Assembly: GCA_963765205.1 (NCBI GenBank)
Contig: CAVXVB010000011.1
Location: forward strand, 96,001-160,000
DNA: 64,000 nt
Direction: 5' to 3'
Source: an uncultured Verrucomicrobiae bacterium
GTDB taxonomy: Bacteria > Verrucomicrobiota > Verrucomicrobiia > Opitutales > JABDGR01
The notes below the pieces were generated by a model, which saw only the letters and a program-made list of their open reading frames with translations, made no database searches and was not told the origin of the DNA. Position 1 is the stretch's first letter, and each line of letters opens with the position of its first letter. Of this stretch, positions 37,965 to 48,808 are shown piece after piece. Position numbers and translations under genes: made by a program.

Positions 37965-39162
37965 TTAAGGCACAATCTTTACAAAAATCCGTTTCCCCGC
38001 TTGGAAGATGTATTCTTTTTCTGGAGGGCCAGGCTTGTGAAACGGGTCATGGATTTTCTCTCCATTGAGCTTAACTGCGCCCTGCTTGAACAGTCGTTGG
38101 ATTTCTTTTTTGCTTTCAAACTCGTGGGTAGCAAAAAGGATATCGGTTACGGTGGGTACGCTCGTTTGCCCAGGCGGAGCATAGTTAAGAGAATTAAATG
38201 GAAAGGTTTTAATCTGGTCTGGAATTTCATGTCGCGCGAAGACTTTTTCGAATTGGTCGAGTTCGTGTTGGCTTGCGGCCGCGCCGTGGAATTTGGCGAC
38301 GAGGGCGACGGCGAGGGTTTTTTTCGCGGCCATGGGGTGGCTGGCTTGGCGCTCTTTGATGGCTTCGTCGCTTTCTTCGAGGAGGAGGCGGTAGTAGTCC
38401 CACATGACCGGGTCGGAGATGGACATGATTTTGCCGAACATTTCCTTGGGCGGGTCGTTGAAGGCGATGTAGTTGTCCTGGCTTTTGGACATTTTTTTCA
38501 CGCCGTCGAGGCCGACGAGCAGGGGCAGGCAAATGACGATTTGCTCGGGCTGGCCGGCGTCCTTTTGCAGCACGCGGCCGACGAGGTTGTTGAACAACTG
38601 GTCGCTGCCGCCGAGTTCGAACGTCGGATTTGATCATCACGGAGTCGTGGCCCTGGATGAGGGGATAGAGGAATTCGACGATGGAAATGGGCGTGTTCTC
38701 GGCGTGGCGTTTCGAGAAGTCGTCGCGTTCGAGCATCCGGGCGACGGTCATTTTGCGGGAGAGATTCAGCATGTCGCCGAGGGACATCTGGGCGAACCAC
38801 TCGCTGTTGAAGCGCACCTCGGTTTTCGCGCGGTCGAGGATTTTGAAGGCCTGTTTGAGGTAGGTTGTCGCGTTGGTTTTGACTTCGGCCTCGGTCAGCA
38901 CCGGGCGGGTCGAGGAACGGCCGGAGGGGTCGCCGATCATGGCGGTGAAGTCGCCGATGATGAGCACGGCCTGGTGGCCGAGGTCCTGGAACTGGCGCAG
39001 CTTGTTAAAGACGACGAGGTGCCCGAAGGTGAGGTCGGGCCGCGTGGGGTCCACGCCGAGTTTGACGCGCAGGGGCCGGTTGGCGCGCAGGCGTTCGCGC
39101 AATTCATCGGGGCTGATGAAGTGCTCGGTGTTGCGCTGAAGGGCGGCGAGGTCGTCGGGCAT
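37965..39162 (-). CDS. tyrS: Tyrosine--tRNA ligase, one frameshift near 38620
   Basis: [38 protein letters not shown], (DVELGGSDQ after correction), KMSKS, C-terminal S4 domain. Confidence 0.95.
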
Positions 39163-39212
39163 GAGGGCAACAGCATGAAAGCTGGAAAAGGAAAATGGAA
39201 GAAAGATAGCAA

Positions 39213-39590
39213 TTAGGAAAGTGGAGCTTGCTTGCGTCGTATCCTCAAGATTAAGACCCCGATCCTTGCTCCAACCACAAGCCCGATTGGGCCGGCCACG
39301 ACAATCAAAGTCGGGAAGTCCGCACCAGCCCAGGCCATCACAAGTATCTTGAGAAACAAGATATAGAGGGCGATGGGGGTGGCTAAAACAAATACAGGCC
39401 AGATTTTGTTGGCGATTATCCCCATTACGATTCCTGTAATTACACCGCTGCATCCCAACATGAGGATAATTTGGTATGAGTAATAACTTAACCAATCAGG
39501 TCCGGTGAACGGCCCGAACAAAAAAGTAAACACTTTCACCAAAATTGGAAAAAGGAAAAATCCGACCAAAATGGCAAAGAAACCACGCAT
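39213..39590 (-). CDS. Hypothetical four-TM membrane protein, AT-rich
   Basis: Four hydrophobic segments. Confidence 0.55.
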   Translation of the reverse strand: MRGFFAILVGFFLFPILVKVFTFLFGPFTGPDWLSYYSYQIILMLGCSGVITGIVMGIIANKIWPVFVLATPIALYILFLKILVMAWAGADFPTLIVVAGPIGLVVGARIGVLILRIRRKQAPLS

Positions 39591-39643
39591 GGCATTGTTG
39601 AATGATTGTCATAGCATCGGGATTTGGGGTGCGCCGATCAAGG

Positions 39644-40066
39644 TCATTTTTCCCCAGCAAACTCCCGGAATGAAGCCACGCGCCCGACCCCGTCAACTTT
39701 TAACCCGCGCAAGCGCTGGTCGTGCGTGAGGAACCAATCGGAAGCGATGGCGGAAGCGCAGGCGAGTTGAATCGCATCCGGCGGGCGCAGGCGTGGGTGC
39801 CGGGCGCGCAATGCGGCAAAACGGACGGCGGCGTCTTCGTTGAAGGGCACGACCTCAATGCTGCGAAAGGCCTCGCGATAGCGCGCCGCCTGGGCCGCGC
39901 GTCCCTGCCGCAGGGGATGCACCAGGATTTCGCCGACGGTCAGCGTGGAAGTGGCCCAGCGGCAATCCAGCGCTTTCATGCGGGCGCGGGCTTCGTGAAC
40001 GGCTTCCGTCCAAGGGCCATCCTCCCAGAGATAAATGAACAGATTGGTGTCCCAGAATACGTGCAT
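39644..40066 (-). CDS. vapC: PIN-domain toxin (VapC family)
   Basis: VFWDTNLFIY, TVGEIL, DAIQLACA, FLTHD. Confidence 0.88.
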   Translation of the reverse strand: MHVFWDTNLFIYLWEDGPWTEAVHEARARMKALDCRWATSTLTVGEILVHPLRQGRAAQAARYREAFRSIEVVPFNEDAAVRFAALRARHPRLRPPDAIQLACASAIASDWFLTHDQRLRGLKVDGVGRVASFREFAGEK

Positions 40067-40087
40067 GGGAGTGGGGCCGTGGCGGCG

Positions 40088-40327
40088 TTATTTCCAATCC
40101 TGGCGCAGGTGGTTAACGTATTTGTCCGGCTGCACGCCTTTCCATTCGCCGCGCCCCACATTGTCGAGCGACGCCGGCACCGGGCGGACAGCGGGCATCC
40201 TGGCTGGGCCAGCCATTATTTGATGGAGACCGCGCTCAATCAAATCGCGCAAGGTGGTCTCGCTTTCGATGGCCAATTTTTTTGCTTCCTTGACCAAAGC
40301 ATCGGGGAGTTCGACAGTAGTTTTCAT
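40088..40327 (-). CDS. vapB: VapB-type RHH antitoxin
   Basis: MKTTVELPDAL..EAK..A......LRDLIERGL, directly upstream of the PIN gene. Confidence 0.85.
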   Translation of the reverse strand: MKTTVELPDALVKEAKKLAIESETTLRDLIERGLHQIMAGPARMPAVRPVPASLDNVGRGEWKGVQPDKYVNHLRQDWK

Positions 40328-40362
40328 ACAGCTAACTGTATTCCCGTATTTATGGGTGTCAA
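40326..40362 (-). promoter_or_regulatory. vapBC promoter and operator, predicted leaderless
   Basis: TTGACA (40362-40357)-N16-TACAGT, 7 nt before ATG; IR ATACAG-N4-CTGTAT (40326-40341). Confidence 0.7.
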
Positions 40363-40406
40363 ACGCAAAAACGTCCGTTGTAAGCCGTTTTGCACTGCTG
40401 CGCGGC

Positions 40407-41411
40407 TCACGCCTCGAGCACCACGCGGTAGCGCATTTTGCCGGTGCGGACGCGGTCTAGGGCGGCGTGGATGTCCTTCATCGGGAATTTTTCGATTTGG
40501 GCGTGGACGCCGCGGCGCGCGGCGAAGGCGAACATCGTGGCGATTTCCGCCGGACTGCCGGTGCGGCCGCCGCTGATGGATTTTTCCTGCGCGATGAGTT
40601 GAAAAGCCGAAAGTTTGAGGTCGGATGCCGGCACCCCGACGATGACGAGCTTGCCCGCGGGGCGGAGCGCGGCGAGGTAATCGCCCCAGGGCAAATCCGC
40701 CGGGACGGTGTTGAGGATGAAGTCGAAGCGGCCCGCGGCTTTTTTCAATTCGTCGGTGCCGCGCGTGGCGATAAAGTGCGCCGCGCCGAAGCCGCGCGCC
40801 TCCTCGTCCTTGTCGTGCGTGCTGGAGATGGCCGTGACCTCGCAGCCCATTTGGGCGAGAAACTGCACGGCCAGGTGGCCCAGGCCGCCGATGCCAACGA
40901 CGGCGGCGCGCGTGTTGGCCGTGACGCCGTGGTGGAGCATGGGCGTGAAAACGGTGGTGCCGGCGCAGAGCAGCGGCGCGGCCTGCGCGGAGTCCAGCCC
41001 CGCGGGCAGGGGGATGGCGAAATTGGCGTCGGTGCGCACGCGTTCGGCAAAGCCGCCGTGGTGGGCGACAATGGTGTCGCGCTCCTTGGCGCAAAACGTC
41101 TCGCGCCCGACGCGGCAGAATTCGCACTCGCCGCAGGAGCCGCATTGCCAGCCGACGCCGACGCGCTGGCCGAGGGCCAGCCCGCGCACCTCCGCGCCGA
41201 GGGCGGCGACGGTGCCGACGACCTCGTGGCCGGGGACGAGCGGGAAGGCGGCGAAATGCCAGTCGTTGTCAATCATGGCCTGGTCGCTGTGGCAGATGCC
41301 GCAGTGGGTGACCTTGACTTCGACTTCCCGCGCGCCGAGCGGGCCGGGTTCGTAGGAGAACGGTTCGAGACGCCCCTTGGGCGCCTTGGCGGCATAGGCT
41401 TGGATGGGCAT
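40407..41411 (-). CDS. Zn-dependent NAD(P) alcohol dehydrogenase (cinnamyl ADH/Ahr-like)
   Basis: CGICHSD, GHEVVG, CGECEFC, APLLCAG, GIGGLGH. Confidence 0.93.
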   Translation of the reverse strand: MPIQAYAAKAPKGRLEPFSYEPGPLGAREVEVKVTHCGICHSDQAMIDNDWHFAAFPLVPGHEVVGTVAALGAEVRGLALGQRVGVGWQCGSCGECEFCRVGRETFCAKERDTIVAHHGGFAERVRTDANFAIPLPAGLDSAQAAPLLCAGTTVFTPMLHHGVTANTRAAVVGIGGLGHLAVQFLAQMGCEVTAISSTHDKDEEARGFGAAHFIATRGTDELKKAAGRFDFILNTVPADLPWGDYLAALRPAGKLVIVGVPASDLKLSAFQLIAQEKSISGGRTGSPAEIATMFAFAARRGVHAQIEKFPMKDIHAALDRVRTGKMRYRVVLEA

Positions 41412-41587
41412 GGGGGGAGGATAAATGGAAAAAGGAAGATGGAAAATGGAAAAAGATGAAAATTGCGCACACGAGCCACCATCTTTCCCCTTGCGGCGGG
41501 GCGTTTGAGGAGTATCTTGGATAGTTCACTCCCGGCGTCCGCCCAACCTGCAACGGGCAACCTTTCAACCCGCAACCCATCTCCATC

Positions 41588-42061
41588 ATGGCCCTCTCAC
41601 CCGGCACCAAGGCTCCGGCCTTTTCGCTCAAGACCAAAACCGCCGACGGCCTCAAGGACGTCGCCCTGGCCGACACGGTCGGCAAAAAGCAAACCGTGCT
41701 GCTGTTTTTCCCGCTGGTTTACACGAGCGTGTGCACGGCGGAAATGTGCAGCGTGAGCCAGGACCTCGCGTCCTTCAACGGCCTCAACGCGGCGGTTTAC
41801 GCGATTAGTGTGGACAGCCCGTTCGCGCAGGAAGCCTGGGCCAAGGCGAACAACATCACGTTCCCGATTTTGTCCGACTTCAACAAGGAGGTCGCGAAGG
41901 CCTATGACGTGCTTTATGCCGACCTGCTCGGCTTCAAGGGCGTGGCGAAGCGGTCGGCGTTCGTGATCGGCGTGGACGGCGTGATCAAATACGCCTCGTC
42001 GAGCGATGATCCGAAAGTGCTGCCGGACTTTGGCGCGATTCAAGCGGCGCTGAAATCATAA
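41588..42061 (+). CDS. Peroxiredoxin (AhpC/TSA family)
   Basis: FFPLVYTSVCTAEMC, ISVDSPF, LSDFN, KRSAFVI. Confidence 0.9.
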   Translation: MALSPGTKAPAFSLKTKTADGLKDVALADTVGKKQTVLLFFPLVYTSVCTAEMCSVSQDLASFNGLNAAVYAISVDSPFAQEAWAKANNITFPILSDFNKEVAKAYDVLYADLLGFKGVAKRSAFVIGVDGVIKYASSSDDPKVLPDFGAIQAALKS

Positions 42062-42171
42062 ATGGAAAATGGAAGATGGAAAATGGAAGAAACGCCGCCA
42101 ATTGAACGCCGCGGAGCGAACGCCAGAAACTGATTTGGCATTTTTCCATCTTCCATTTTCCATCTTCCATT
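42061..42171. repeat. Element with inverted 7-mer arms (TGGAARA)4...(TYTTCCA)4
   Basis: Begins at the peroxiredoxin stop codon and ends 10 nt before the acnA start. Confidence 0.9.
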
Positions 42172-42181
42172 CTTTCAATTT

Positions 42182-44929
42182 ATGCCCATCCCCTTTAACA
42201 CCCAAATGCCCTTTACCGCGCCGGATGGCCGGTCGGGGTTCATTGCGTCGCTGCCGGCGCTCGAAGCGGCCGGCCTCGGCAAAATTTCGCGCCTGCCGGT
42301 CTCGATCCGCATCGTGCTCGAGTCGGTGTTGCGCAACTGCGACGGCCTGCGCATCAATGAGAGCGACGTGCGCGCGCTGGCGGCGTGGAACGCGGCGAAG
42401 CCCGCCGACACGGAGATTCCCTTCGTCGTCTCGCGCATCGTGTTGCAGGACTTCACGGGTGTGCCGCTGCTGGTGGACCTGGCGGCGATGCGCGACGCCG
42501 TGGCCAAGCTCAACCGCGACGCGGGCCTGATCGAGCCGCTGGTGCCGGTGGATTTGGTGGTGGATCACTCGGTGCAGGTGGACCGCGCGGGCACGCCGGC
42601 GTCGTTCCTGCAAAATTTGCAAATCGAGTTCGAGCGCAACCGCGAACGCTACGAATTCCTCAAATGGGGCCAGCAGGCGTTCGAGACGTTCAGCGTCGTG
42701 CCGCCGGCCATCGGGATCGTCCACCAGGTGAATCTGGAATACCTCGCGAAGGTCGTCTTCGCGCGCGAGACCAACGGCATGACGTGGTTCTTCCCCGATT
42801 CGCTGGTGGGCACGGACTCGCACACGACGATGATCAACGGCCTGGGCGTGGTCGGCTGGGGCGTGGGCGGCATCGAGGCGGAGGCCGGAATGCTCGGCCA
42901 GCCGGTTTATTTCCAGACGCCGGAAGTCATCGGCGTCCACCTCTCCGGCGCGCTGCGCGAGGGCGTGACGGCGACGGACTTGACGCTGCGTGTGACCGAA
43001 TTGCTGCGCAAGGAGAAGGTCGTCGGCAAATTCGTGGAATTTTACGGCGAAGGCGCGCGGAAGCTGACTGTGGCCGACCGCGCGACGATTGCGAACATGG
43101 CGCCCGAATACGGCGCGACGATGGGCTTCTTCGGCCTCGACGACCAATCGCTGGAGTATTTGCGCGCCACCGGGCGGCCGGCGGCGCACGTCGCGCTCGT
43201 CAAGGCGTATTGCCAGGCGCAGGGCCTGTGGGGCATTCCGCGCCGAGGCGAGGTGGACTACACGAAGTCGCTCGAACTGGACCTTGGCAGCATTGTGCCC
43301 TGCGTCGCCGGGCCGAAGCGCCCGCAGGACCGCATTGATTTGCCCAATTTGAAAAACCGCTTCATCGAACTTTTCCAAAAGGATGTGAAGGACGGCGGCT
43401 ACGGCAAACTCGCCAGCGACCTGCCGCACCACACCCCGGAGGCTTGCCTCGCGGTGGAGGCCGAGCGCGCGGAAGGCGGCGGCGTCGCGCTGGCGGAGGA
43501 GGCGGCGGAAGTGGACCACGGCTCGGTGCTCATCGCCGCCATCACGAGTTGCACGAACACGTCGAAACCCCTCGGTTATGGTCGCCGCGGGCCTCGTCGC
43601 TAAAAAGGCGGTCGAGAAAGGCCTGAGCGTGCCGGCGTATGTCAAAACCAGCCTCGCGCCCGGTTCGCGCGTCGTCACGGATTACCTCGAAGCCACCGGC
43701 CTGCAAACTTATCTGGACCAGCTCGGCTTCAACCTGGTCGGCTACGGCTGCACGACCTGCATTGGCAACAGCGGGCCGCTTGAGCCGGCCATCGAGTCGG
43801 CCATCAAGGAAGGCGACCTCATCACCGCGAGCGTGCTGTCGGGCAACCGCAATTTCGAGGCGCGCGTGCACGGCTCGATCAAGGCGAACTTTTTGATGTC
43901 GCCCCCGCTGGTCGTCGCGTTTGCGCTGGCGGGCCGCGTGGACATTGACCTCGACCACGAGTCGCTCGGCACCGGGAAGGACGGGACGCCCGTTTACCTG
44001 CGCGACCTCTGGCCCACACTGACGGAAATCCAGGACAACGTGACGCGCGGGCTGCAGCCGGAAATGTTTGCGCGCAAATACGGCACGCTCAAGGACGCCA
44101 ACCCCGAGTGGAACGCCATCAAGGTCACCGGCGGCGAGCGCTATGCCTGGGACGCAAAGTCCACCTACATCCAGTTGCCGCCGTTTTTCGAGAAATTCTC
44201 GCTCACGCCGGGACCATTACCCCACTCGCGAATTTGCGCCCGCTGGCGATCCTCGGCGACTCGGTGACCACCGACCATATTTCCCCGGCCGGCTCCTTCA
44301 AGGCCGACACGCCGGCGGGCAAGTTTCTCATCGAACACTGCGTGAAGCCGGCCGATTTCAATTCCTACGGTTCGCGCCGCGGCAACGACCGGGTGATGAC
44401 GCGCGGGACCTTCGCCAATGTGCGCATCAAAAACGCGATGGCCGGCGGCAAGGAAGGCGGCTTCACCCGCCTGGAACCGGCGGGCAAAGTCATGCCGATT
44501 TACGACGCGTGCCAGGCCTATGCGAAATCCGGAACCGGGCTGATTATTTTCGCGGGCGCGGATTACGGCATGGGCAGCTCGCGCGACTGGGCGGCAAAAG
44601 GCACGGCGCTGCTCGGCGTCAAGGCCGTCGTCGCCAAATCCTTCGAGCGCATCCACCGCAGCAACCTGCTCGGGATGGGGGTGCTCCCGCTTGAATTCAC
44701 GGGCGGCCAAAACGCCGAAGCGTTGGGCCTCGACGGCAGCGAAGTCTTTTCCCTTGCCGGCCTCGGTGAGGATTTGAAGCCCAAGCAAATGCTCGAACTC
44801 GTCATCCGCCGCACCAACGGCCGCGAGGACAAGGCCACGCTACAGGTGCGCATAGATACACTCATTGAGGTCGAATACTACCGCCATGGGGGGATCTTGC
44901 CGTATGTGCTGAGGCAGTTGTTGAAATAG
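42182..44929 (+). CDS. acnA: Aconitate hydratase A, two compensating frameshifts (~43566 and ~44212)
   Basis: [30 protein letters not shown](NP), [38 protein letters not shown]. Confidence 0.95.
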
Positions 44930-44931
44930 CC

Positions 44932-45122
44932 AAGGGACAGAGGGCGGGCCACAAAGAGGTTTCCACAACTTTACAACCTTCATTCTCGTCATTATCCTCT
45001 TCATTTGTTTCATTTCATTCCCTAGTCGCCTTGGTCCTCCCCGCTCTATCCGCTCATTGCCTGAGTGCCACTGCTTCTCTGTCGCCTCAGTGCCTTTGTC
45101 CCTCTGTCCCTTTGCCCCTCCG
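44932..45122. repeat. Degenerate element with inverted 8-mer arms (AGGGACAR)...(YTGTCCCT)
   Basis: Short left arm right after the acnA stop; right arm 45091-45122. Confidence 0.65.
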
Positions 45123-45189
45123 CTTCACCCCCCATTTTCCTTGCCTGCCCCCGCCCCTTATCTGCTAGAATCCTCCTTCCCCGCCCACC

Positions 45190-45720
45190 ATGGCCACTGA
45201 AGCAACCGCACCCATCTTCCTCGTCCACACCAACGGCGACCCGATTGTGTTGACCATCGTCGGCCGGGCCAGCTACCTGAATTGCGCGCCCGTGTCGCAG
45301 TTCTTCCAGAAGCTGCTCAAGCAGGGCCGCCGGCGGTTTGTCCTTGATTTCACGCGTTGTACCGGGATGGACTCGACCTTCCTCGGCCTGATTGCCGGGG
45401 CCGCGATGGAAGCCGCCAAGGCCCAGCCCCCCGGCGTCATCAGCATGATGGGCCTCAGCCCGCGCAACCTCGAACTCGTCCGCAACCTGGGCCTTCACCG
45501 CCTGATGTGCGTGGACTGCGGGGACTACCCGATGAATTTCTCGCCCGACCAGGCCCGCGCCCTCATCACCCCCGACCAGCAGGAACTGGCCAACGCCCGC
45601 ATGATCCTCCAGGCCCACGAAAACCTCATCGCCGCCGACACGGCCAACCTCAGCAAATTCCAGGACGTGCTGGCCTTTTTGAAAAGCCAGACGGAAAAGG
45701 AAATGGTCGCCGGGAAGTGA
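45190..45720 (+). CDS. STAS-domain protein (anti-sigma factor antagonist)
   Basis: VLDFTRCTGMDSTFLG. Confidence 0.85.
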   Translation: MATEATAPIFLVHTNGDPIVLTIVGRASYLNCAPVSQFFQKLLKQGRRRFVLDFTRCTGMDSTFLGLIAGAAMEAAKAQPPGVISMMGLSPRNLELVRNLGLHRLMCVDCGDYPMNFSPDQARALITPDQQELANARMILQAHENLIAADTANLSKFQDVLAFLKSQTEKEMVAGK

Positions 45721-45727
45721 GGGGGGA

Positions 45728-46645
45728 TTACGGCGCGGGCGGGATTAACTTCCGGCGGATGGCTGGGTCGTCCTTCACGCGTTCAAACAAAAAACTCAAT
45801 TCGGGTGGCACCGCATTGCCAATAACCCGCCTGCTTGAAAATACGTCCACCTCCTTTGTCGCCTCCCCCGTCTTTACGTTTTCAATAGTGAGATAAGTGG
45901 TATCGGTGGAAGTCTCGCCATTAAATATGGTGTCGGGTCTGCCGTCTACGTCCCGGAAGCCAATCAGCATCCGCGTGTCCTTTTGCAGCCAAGGGTATTG
46001 GGTCGTCAAGTCGTGTATCATGATGTCGGCGCGCTCTTGACCAATCGCGGCCGTGAGACTGCTGGAAAGCCAGGGCTGCAGGGAGGCCACGTCGTCGCTA
46101 TCGAGGGGCGGGATGGCATAATAGGAGAATCGCCCGGCCATGCCGGCATTTTTTTGGTCCAATTTCGCACGGTCAGCCGCATCCTCTTCCGGGATTTCCT
46201 GCACCGTGGCGCGAAAGTGCCCTTCGATGTGATCTTGCAATTGAGAAAATATGTTTTGCACCTGGCCGGCTTCCTCACTGGTCAGCCCCAACCAGCCGAT
46301 GGCGTTGCTACTGAGATTCAAGACCCATGGTCCCGTGTCATTGCCCGAATTCGTGTTGGATCCTGATATTTTGATGTTCATGGCTTTAATGGCATCCAAG
46401 CGCACCGGGATATATTTTGCACCATCTTTCGGCTCACTTGCGAGCGGTTGAGCTTGGGCGGCTTGCGCGTCGCGCAATTCAGAACTCAACCGGTTTACCG
46501 ATGATTGGAGTGAAGCGTTCTTTTTGGTCAATACGGCTTGCAGTGTTTCCGCCGCATGAACTCGTCGTGATTGCAGGGTGATGATGGCCACATCCAACCC
46601 TAGCACCAAGGCCGTAAAGGCCATAATTTTAATTTTCCGATTCAT
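45728..46645 (-). CDS. Membrane-anchored hypothetical protein, paralogous to the C-terminal extension of the adjacent ECF sigma factor
   Basis: YIPVRLDAI...LGLTSEEAGQVQN...AIGQERADI vs YIPVNLDAI...LGLTPAEAHQVQN...AVGPDRAQI. Confidence 0.7.
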   Translation of the reverse strand: MNRKIKIMAFTALVLGLDVAIITLQSRRVHAAETLQAVLTKKNASLQSSVNRLSSELRDAQAAQAQPLASEPKDGAKYIPVRLDAIKAMNIKISGSNTNSGNDTGPWVLNLSSNAIGWLGLTSEEAGQVQNIFSQLQDHIEGHFRATVQEIPEEDAADRAKLDQKNAGMAGRFSYYAIPPLDSDDVASLQPWLSSSLTAAIGQERADIMIHDLTTQYPWLQKDTRMLIGFRDVDGRPDTIFNGETSTDTTYLTIENVKTGEATKEVDVFSSRRVIGNAVPPELSFLFERVKDDPAIRRKLIPPAP

Positions 46646-46670
46646 TGAAAGCGAAGATTCTTTGAGGCGT

Positions 46671-48500
46671 TTACGGCTCGTAAGTGACCGGGCCTTGGCC
46701 GGGAACGTTTATCGAAAGTGAGGTGTCGCCTTGGTGAAAGACCAAGCTATCGTAGTTCTCACCCGCAACTGGCGTGAGCGGCTTAAGTAATAATAAGCCG
46801 GATGCGGTGAGGAGTTGACGATATCCCACCTCGGTGACGTTGTTCACTCCCAGATAAAGCCTCGCCCTTAAGAAAATTTGGCGGAGATTTCCCTGCACCA
46901 ACAATTTTTGGGGCGTCATGGTTGGGTCTGGCGGCCGGACATTTGCGCGCGCGGACTTGAGCAAGTCCGCCCAATCGTCCGGGTAGAGATCGCGGGTGTC
47001 TTTGGTTCCGCTGGAACCTCCGGAACCATACGTGTCCACCCAGGAACTGCGCGCGACGCCTTTGTCGTCCACGTAGTCAGAAATGATGATTATGCGCAGC
47101 ACGCCGGGTTTGAGCCACAATGGGTTGGCGGCGGTGGTGGTCATGTGGGGAAAATCGTCCATGCTCTTGTCGAGGATGATCTGGGCACGATCTGGACCAA
47201 CTGCTTTGGTCATGCTCCCGAGATACCATTGTTGCAGGTCGGACAATTCGTCATCAGTCATGGCGCGGATTTCATAGGCGGAAAGCGTGCCGGGGTTGGC
47301 ACCCAGCACTGGTTGAATAATAGGCGCGCCTGGGGAAAAATACGCGGGCAACTCAGATGGGTCCACCTGTTTGAGATTGGCATGCTCGTAGTCCGACACG
47401 CGTTTGTGCAATTCATCCAGAACATTTTGGACCTGGTGGGCTTCGGCGGGGGTCAGCCCCAAGAGTGCCGCGGCCTGGTCGTTAAGAGTAAACTGATCGT
47501 TAAGAGTAAACGAGTTGGATTTGGTAATGTTGAACACTTTGTTCCGGATCGCGTCGAGGTTGACCGGAATGTAATCGGCGTCACCAGCGGGTGTTTTGGC
47601 CACGGCGTTTTCCAGCGCATGGCCTCTGGTGGCGTCCTTGAGGTCAACCTTCAATTGGATGAGTGATTTTTCGAGGGCGAGGTTTCGCTCCGCAAGCGCG
47701 GCATTCTGCGCCTCCAGTTGGGATATCTGCCGCGAAGTCACCGTAATTGGAATTGCCGCAAGCATGATTACAACTGCCGCCGCAATGGCAGCATTGGTTT
47801 TGGTGGTCATGGTAATGCCTTTCATAAAACCTGTTGCCACGCCGGTGTGCGTGGCGTTGGCGAGTGCCGCGTTGCCCAGGCTGGCTGCAAGGCCGGCGGG
47901 GGCGGCTTGCACGGAATGGGTGGAGATGGCTCCGGCGAGAAGGGCGGTGGAGAGGGTCACGCCGCGGCGCGAGAGACGAACCCGCAGTTTTTCCAGGGCG
48001 CGGTCTACGCGCTTGCGCGCCAGAACCTCGCTCCAGCCGAGTTCCGCGGCGACTTCTCGGTGGGTCTTGCCTTGGAAAAAGCGCAGGAGCACGGCCTCGC
48101 GGTCCTGCGCGCCGAGGCAGCCCACGGCTTCGTCGAGCGTGGACTGCAAGGGCAGCCAGTCCATTTCCGTGGGCGCGGGATGGTCGTTGGTCATCATGGT
48201 GGCAGCCTCCTTTTCGCGGGCGCGCCGCTGGCGTTCCCCGCGCACGGCGGCGCTGGCGGCGTAACGCGTCGTCGTGTGCAACCAGCCGAGCAGATTCTCA
48301 CGCCCGGCGAGCGACCCCGCCTTGCGCGCGAGGGTGGTGAAAACGGTCTGGGCCACGTCCTGGGCCAGGGGCGCGTCGCCCGCGACCAGCCGCAGGGCGG
48401 CGGAATAGACCAGGTCGGTGTGGCGGCGCACGACCTCGGCAAAGGCGGCCTGGCGGCCGGCTTCCGCATACTGGCGCAGCAATTCGCGGTCGGATTCCAT
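46671..48500 (-). CDS. ECF sigma-70 factor with TM segment and long C-terminal extension
   Basis: SDRELLRQY, AQDVAQTVF..LARKA, REAVLLRFFQG, RVDRALEKLR, followed by a TM helix and ~350 aa. Confidence 0.9.
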   Translation of the reverse strand: MESDRELLRQYAEAGRQAAFAEVVRRHTDLVYSAALRLVAGDAPLAQDVAQTVFTTLARKAGSLAGRENLLGWLHTTTRYAASAAVRGERQRRAREKEAATMMTNDHPAPTEMDWLPLQSTLDEAVGCLGAQDREAVLLRFFQGKTHREVAAELGWSEVLARKRVDRALEKLRVRLSRRGVTLSTALLAGAISTHSVQAAPAGLAASLGNAALANATHTGVATGFMKGITMTTKTNAAIAAAVVIMLAAIPITVTSRQISQLEAQNAALAERNLALEKSLIQLKVDLKDATRGHALENAVAKTPAGDADYIPVNLDAIRNKVFNITKSNSFTLNDQFTLNDQAAALLGLTPAEAHQVQNVLDELHKRVSDYEHANLKQVDPSELPAYFSPGAPIIQPVLGANPGTLSAYEIRAMTDDELSDLQQWYLGSMTKAVGPDRAQIILDKSMDDFPHMTTTAANPLWLKPGVLRIIIISDYVDDKGVARSSWVDTYGSGGSSGTKDTRDLYPDDWADLLKSARANVRPPDPTMTPQKLLVQGNLRQIFLRARLYLGVNNVTEVGYRQLLTASGLLLLKPLTPVAGENYDSLVFHQGDTSLSINVPGQGPVTYEP

Positions 48501-48611
48501 GCGGGTTCAGTAGATAGCGTCCACCCAATCCGGGATGTGACAAGGAAAATAGGGGAAAGGGGGCGCGGTTTGCTAAATGGAGTGTGGGATGGCCCGGAGT
48601 GAAGAGGGAGG

Positions 48612-48709
48612 AACCGCAGATTACGCAGATTTTACAGATTTATAAGCTTGGAATCCAATCTGTGTCACTCCCACAGCAAGCGGCTGGGTGATCTGCGTAA
48701 TCTGTGGTT
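48612..48709. repeat. Element with inverted 9-mer arms (ACGCAGATT type)
   Basis: AACCGCAGATTACGCAGAT ... ATCTGCGTAATCTGTGGTT. Confidence 0.88.
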
Positions 48710-48774
48710 TTAATCTTTATCTCCAGTCAAAACTTATTAAAATAATAAATTTATGCAAATAACAAATTATTTTG

Positions 48775-48808
48775 TTGACAAAATCGGGTAAGTGGCTACT
48801 ATTCAAAC
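48775..48808 (+). promoter_or_regulatory. Sigma70 promoter, predicted leaderless
   Basis: TTGACA (48775)-N16-TACTAT, 6 nt before ATG 48809; AT-rich upstream tract. Confidence 0.65.

Noticed and set aside
30399..40362. Integron or prophage explaining the accessory genes
   Set aside because: No integrase, attC-like array or phage structural genes; the inserts are separated by housekeeping genes.
38600..44230. Programmed frameshifting in tyrS and acnA
   Set aside because: No slippery heptamers at the sites, no precedent known to me, and similar single-base lesions are scattered across unrelated genes.
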